Positions 63,340 to 64,000 of a stretch of DNA of 64,000 bases are shown in pieces. The translations under genes and the position numbers were made by a program. This stretch comes from Pelagomonas calceolata. Lineage: Eukaryota. The notes beneath the pieces are model-generated. The model ran no database searches and was not told where the DNA came from. It was given only the letters and a program-made list of their open reading frames with translations. Position 1 is the stretch's first letter. Every line of letters begins with the position of its first letter. The stretch covers positions 5,208,001 to 5,272,000 of the forward strand of contig CAKKNE010000004.1 in assembly GCA_918797485.1 (NCBI GenBank). Direction: 5' to 3'.

Positions 63340-64000
63340 TTGCTGGTTTGGGCAGCCTTGTTTTTGTTGAGTTATTGCTTGTTGTTGTTATGATGCTGCA
63401 AGCTTGTTGTGCTGTTGCTGTATGCAACGATGCTCCAATGCTGTGTGCTTGCGATTGGGGGCAGCCCAATGATGCGCGCAGACTTCGAAGGCTGCGGAGC
63501 TGAGACCCGCACGCGGCCTAAGCCGCGCTCCGGGTACCCTGTATTGAGTGCATGATTGCTCCACGCGTCGGCTGCGGCATGAGAATTCGCGTGTCATATC
63601 GTGCGGTGTGAAAGGTTGAGAGGCTCCACCATCACTTGGTGAAGCCGGCCAGCGCACACGCTCCAGCAATGATCACGACATAATATTAGCGCTGTATTAC
63701 ATACACCGTGCCAGGCAGTCGCAAAACAACATAAGAAGAATGGCTCATCGATCAAAGGCAGTGAGAGCAGCATGTCCAGGCCTGAGAGCACGTCCAGCGG
63801 GCGTCGCGGCACGGAGGCCACGTGCGCCAGCGCTCGCGAGCGCCCGATCGTCGATCGGACTGGTCGCGTCGCTGTGCGCGCTGCTCCTGGCCACGGCGGG
63901 CGCCTACGCGCCGCGCCGGCCGTACCCGCGCGGCGTGCGGCGCCAGGTCCGGCGCGCGGCCGAGGCGCGGCCCGAGCGGTCGTGGACCGGCCGGCTGTGG

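Noticed and set aside
1..64000. CRISPR array, rRNA, tRNA or autonomous transposase
   Set aside because: No regularly spaced repeats, no recognisable structural RNA genes and no DDE transposase ORF seen.
63772..64000. Possible start of a + strand gene with signal-like VASLCALLLATAGAYAP
   Set aside because: No in-frame ATG found nearby and the region is truncated by the window edge.

Overview
GC-rich, gene-dense eukaryotic nuclear DNA with about 30 genes and mostly short intergenic gaps. It most resembles a pelagophyte alga (Pelagomonas/Aureococcus-like); this is inferred from composition and intron type. Four things stand out. (1) A family of non-autonomous DNA transposons (TIR CTGTGTGGAAATCAA...TTGATTTCCACACAG, 8-bp target-site duplication, about 203 bp full length) occurs at least 15 times, always inside coding sequence. 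Each copy forms a removable spliceosomal intron (an introner): the donor GT/GC comes from the upstream TSD copy and the acceptor CAG from the TIR. Copies range from pristine to nearly unrecognisable and account for almost all introns I can find. (2) A selenoprotein U-like gene is hidden as two ORFs split by an in-frame UGA (UxxC), with a SECIS-like hairpin lacking the apical AA. (3) An oriented motif GCTAGTGT(C/G)TTACA-n-GCTAGC lies upstream of many genes. (4) Several proteins have unusual architectures: pseudo-receiver/pseudo-hydrolase/IQ/SAM/ankyrin, signal-peptide GT41, SUMO-like domains fused to an E2 and a myosin, and GT8-LRR. All calls come from motif recognition by eye; no searches were run.
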